This document shows, one piece after another, positions 61,501 to 64,000 of a stretch of DNA of 64,000 bases (position 1 is its first letter; each line of letters starts with the position of its first letter). Source of the stretch: Macrostomum hystrix (taxonomy: Eukaryota; Animalia; Platyhelminthes); contig CATNEN010000002.1 of the NCBI GenBank assembly GCA_950097015.1, positions 7,378,001 through 7,442,000 of the forward strand. The letters are read 5' to 3'. A model generated the notes under the pieces. It searched no databases, was not told the DNA's origin, and saw nothing but the letters and a program-made list of their open reading frames with translations. A program made the position numbers and the translations under genes.

Positions 61501-64000
61501 ATTCATCATCTCCCTGTTCTATTTCTCATCTGCCTGTTCTATTCCTTATCTCCCAGTTCTATTTCTCATCTCCCTGTTCTATTCCTTATCTCCCTGTTCT
61601 ATTCCTCATCTCCCAGTTCTATTCATCATCTCCCTGTTCTATTCCTCATCTCCCAGTTCTATTCCTCATCTCCCTGTTCTATTCCTTATCTCCCTGTTCT
61701 ATTCCTCATCTCCCAGTTCTATTCATCATCTCCCTGTTCTATTTCTCATCTCCCTGTTCTATTCCTCATCTCCCAGTTCTATTCCTCATCTCCCTGTTCT
61801 ATTCCTTATCTCCCTGTTCTATTCCTCATCTCCCAGTTCTATTCATCATCTCCCTGTTCTATTTCTCATCTGCCTGTTCTATTCCTTATCTCCCAGTTCT
61901 ATTTCTCATCTCCCTGTTCTATTCCTCATCTCCCAGTTCTATTCCTCATCTCCCTGTTCTATTCCTCATCTCCTAGTTCTATTCCTCATCTCCCTGTTCT
62001 ATTCCTCATCTCCCAGTTCTATTTCTCATCTGCCTGTTCTATTCCTCATCTCCCAGTTCTATTCATCATCTCCCTGTTCTATTCCTCATCTCCCAGTTCT
62101 ATTTCCCATCTGCCTGTTCTATTCCTCATCTCCCAGTTCTATTCATCATCTCCCTGTTCTATTCCTCATCTCCCAGTTCTATTTCTCATCTGCCTGTTCT
62201 ATTCCTTATCTCCCAGTTCAATTTCAAATCCTAATTAAGCAGTCATCTACTGTCCACAGGCCAGGCAGATATCAAGAAGCGAACCTCGTCACCAACAGTT
62301 TTAAATTTCAAAGAGAAAGCTGCACTCGGGCACACAGGCACAGGTGCACACAGGTTTTACCTCCTTGAAGGTCTGGCACAGTGCTTTAGGCTGACACAGG
62401 CTGGGTACAATTTTGATTGTCACCATGCCGCGTAGGGCTTTCTGCGAATTTGCGCGGCAGTGATTTAATTAAACTTTCACTTGCAATTCTACTTATAGTA
62501 GACTGTAAGGCGTTTAAAGCCAGCAGTTTTAGGCATTGGAATTTTGTTCGAAATAAAAATAGCAAGAGGGCATACAGTAATTTTTAATTAAAAAAAATGC
62601 AACTAAAAGCAAAAACTAAAATGGCCAATCAGAGTGCTTGCTTACGTAAACAGTTTTTGGTCGTGAAAGAATTACAATGCACAATAAGTAAACCCGGCCT
62701 AATATGACTAAATTTGACTAAAATATATTGTAAGATAATTTACATATTTCACATGAGGTAGATGTACATTCTGCCATAGTCTGTCAGACATTCCACATAA
62801 TCTGTCAGACATTCTACATAACCTGTCAGACATTCTAAATAATCTGTCAGACATTCTACATAATCTGTCAGACATTCTACATAATCTGTCAGACATTCTA
62901 CATAATCTGTCAGACATTCTAAATAATCTGTCAGACATTCTACATAATCTGTCAGACATTCTACATAATCTGTCAGACATTCTACATAATCAGTCAGAAA
63001 TCTTGAAACAATATGCAATACACCCTAAATCTGTAACCTATTCTAGCAAATTCAGGCTAATAAAAGTTCACGCACCAGCAGTCTCTGCAGCGCCTCAACT
63101 GATTGGCCCAAAACTGGCTCGCCGTTGATTTCGCGAATCTCGTCGCCAACGTGCAGAGTGCCTGATAAAAAAAGCGAATAAAATATAGTAACAGCCAATC
63201 TACTAGCTACTTAAAGTAGAGTTTTAAATAAATATCAAATAATGTATAAAAATCGCTAATCTGTTAGAATAGATGAAGGTGTGACAATAGATGAAGGTGT
63301 GACAATAGATGAAGGTGTGACAATAGATGAAGGTGTGACAATAGATGAAGGTGTGACAATAGATGAAGGTGTGACAATAGATGAAGGTGTGACAATAGAT
63401 GAAGGTGTGACAATAGATGAAGGTGTGACAATAGATGAAGGTGTGACAATAGATGAAGGTGTGACAATAGATGAAGGTGTGACAATAGATGAAGGTGTGA
63501 CAATAGATGAAGGTGTGACAATAGATGGAGGTGTGACAATAGATAAAGGTGTGACAATAGATGAAGGTGTGACAATAGATGAAGGTGTGACAATATATGA
63601 AGGTGTGACAATAGATGAAGGTGTGACAATAGATGAAGGTGTGAGAATAGATGAAGGTGTGACAATAGATGAAGGTGTGACAATAGATGAAGGTGTGACA
63701 ATAGATGAAGGTGTGACAATAGATGAAGGTGTGACAATAGATGAAGGTGTGACAATAGATGAAGGTGTGACAATAGATAAAGGTGTGACAATAGATAAAG
63801 GTGTGACAATAGATAAAGGTGTGACAATAGATGAAGGTGTGACAATAGATAAAGGTGTGACAATAGATCAAGGTGTGAGACTAGAGGATGGTGAATAAAG
63901 ATAAAGGTGAGAACAGATGGTGAGAATAGATCAATGATGTCGGAGCAGATACGCGTCTCACCCTGTCTGTGAATCATTCCGCCGTGCATAATTCTGGCCA
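55511..64000 (-). CDS. CASK: CASK/LIN-2 MAGUK, 3' part (PDZ-SH3-HOOK-GK); 5' exons outside the window
   Basis: Exons 64000-63962, 63161-63076, 59637-59569 (or 62441-62361), 58119-57988, 57710-57323, 56735-56437 and 55687-55511, phases consistent. Motifs [93 protein letters not shown], and terminal QWVPVNWVY*. Confidence 0.96.
55735..56390. repeat. 24-bp minisatellite (GGATTGGGGGTCAGCTGACCTTCT)n
   Basis: Period 24. Contains the 12-bp palindrome GGTCAGCTGACC. Confidence 0.95.
56760..57245. repeat. 36-bp minisatellite (TCCTAGATAGGAGGATAGGATCGATTGCTAGTCTAT)n
   Basis: Period 36. Fills a CASK intron. Confidence 0.95.
57745..57955. repeat. 17-bp minisatellite (GGGTCAAGGCGAGTCTT)n
   Basis: Period 17. 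Fills a CASK intron. Confidence 0.9.
58430..59380. repeat. 30-bp minisatellite (ATGGGGATCTGGGATGTTGATTTAAGCAAC)n with a 330-bp higher-order duplication
   Basis: Period 30. Variant series repeats at 58601 and 58931. Confidence 0.97.
59795..60150. repeat. 30-bp minisatellite (TAACTGAGTCCCTGAAGTTGTTTAGGCTAA)n
   Basis: Period 30. Confidence 0.93.
61040..62225. repeat. 20-bp pyrimidine-rich minisatellite (ATTCCTCATCTCCCTGTTCT)n
   Basis: Period 20. Confidence 0.96.
62361..62441 (-). CDS. CASK: Alternative (duplicated) CASK PDZ C-terminal exon A
   Basis: TTCGCAG|..81 nt..|GTAAAA, phase 0-0. Encodes [27 protein letters not shown], paralogous to exon 59637-59569. Confidence 0.75.
62778..63000. repeat. 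21-bp minisatellite (TCTGTCAGACATTCTACATAA)n
   Basis: Period 21. Confidence 0.93.
63265..63890. repeat. 18-bp minisatellite (GATGAAGGTGTGACAATA)n
   Basis: Period 18. Confidence 0.97.

Overview
Eukaryotic (metazoan) genomic DNA. GC-rich exons are split by GT-AG introns, and about 40 distinct minisatellite arrays make up roughly 40% of the window by my tally. This style resembles the flatworm Macrostomum (inference, not verified). By hand-splicing I reconstruct six genes with consistent exon phases: (1) an orphan Cys-rich single-pass membrane protein (+, ~3.1-7.25 kb); (2) ECSIT (-, 9.4-11.4 kb, start codon unresolved); (3) FICD/HYPE AMPylase (-, 13.4-19.1 kb); (4) an asparaginase-ankyrin ASPG homolog (+, 21.0-24.2 kb) whose catalytic residues look substituted; (5) a 3-Ig + FN3 GPI-anchored adhesion molecule (+, 26.3-49.0 kb); (6) the 3' half of CASK/LIN-2 (-, 55.5 kb to window end). 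The adhesion gene also hosts an antisense nested neuropeptide-precursor-like ORF. Mobile elements include tRNA-derived SINEs and a Mutator-like MITE with a 9-bp TSD. No CRISPR, rRNA or intact tRNA was found. Most long ORFs in the supplied track are artefacts of tandem repeats. Best leads: duplicated, probably mutually exclusive CASK PDZ exons; a probable pseudo-asparaginase; the nested peptide gene; and minisatellites built on transcription-factor-like palindromes.
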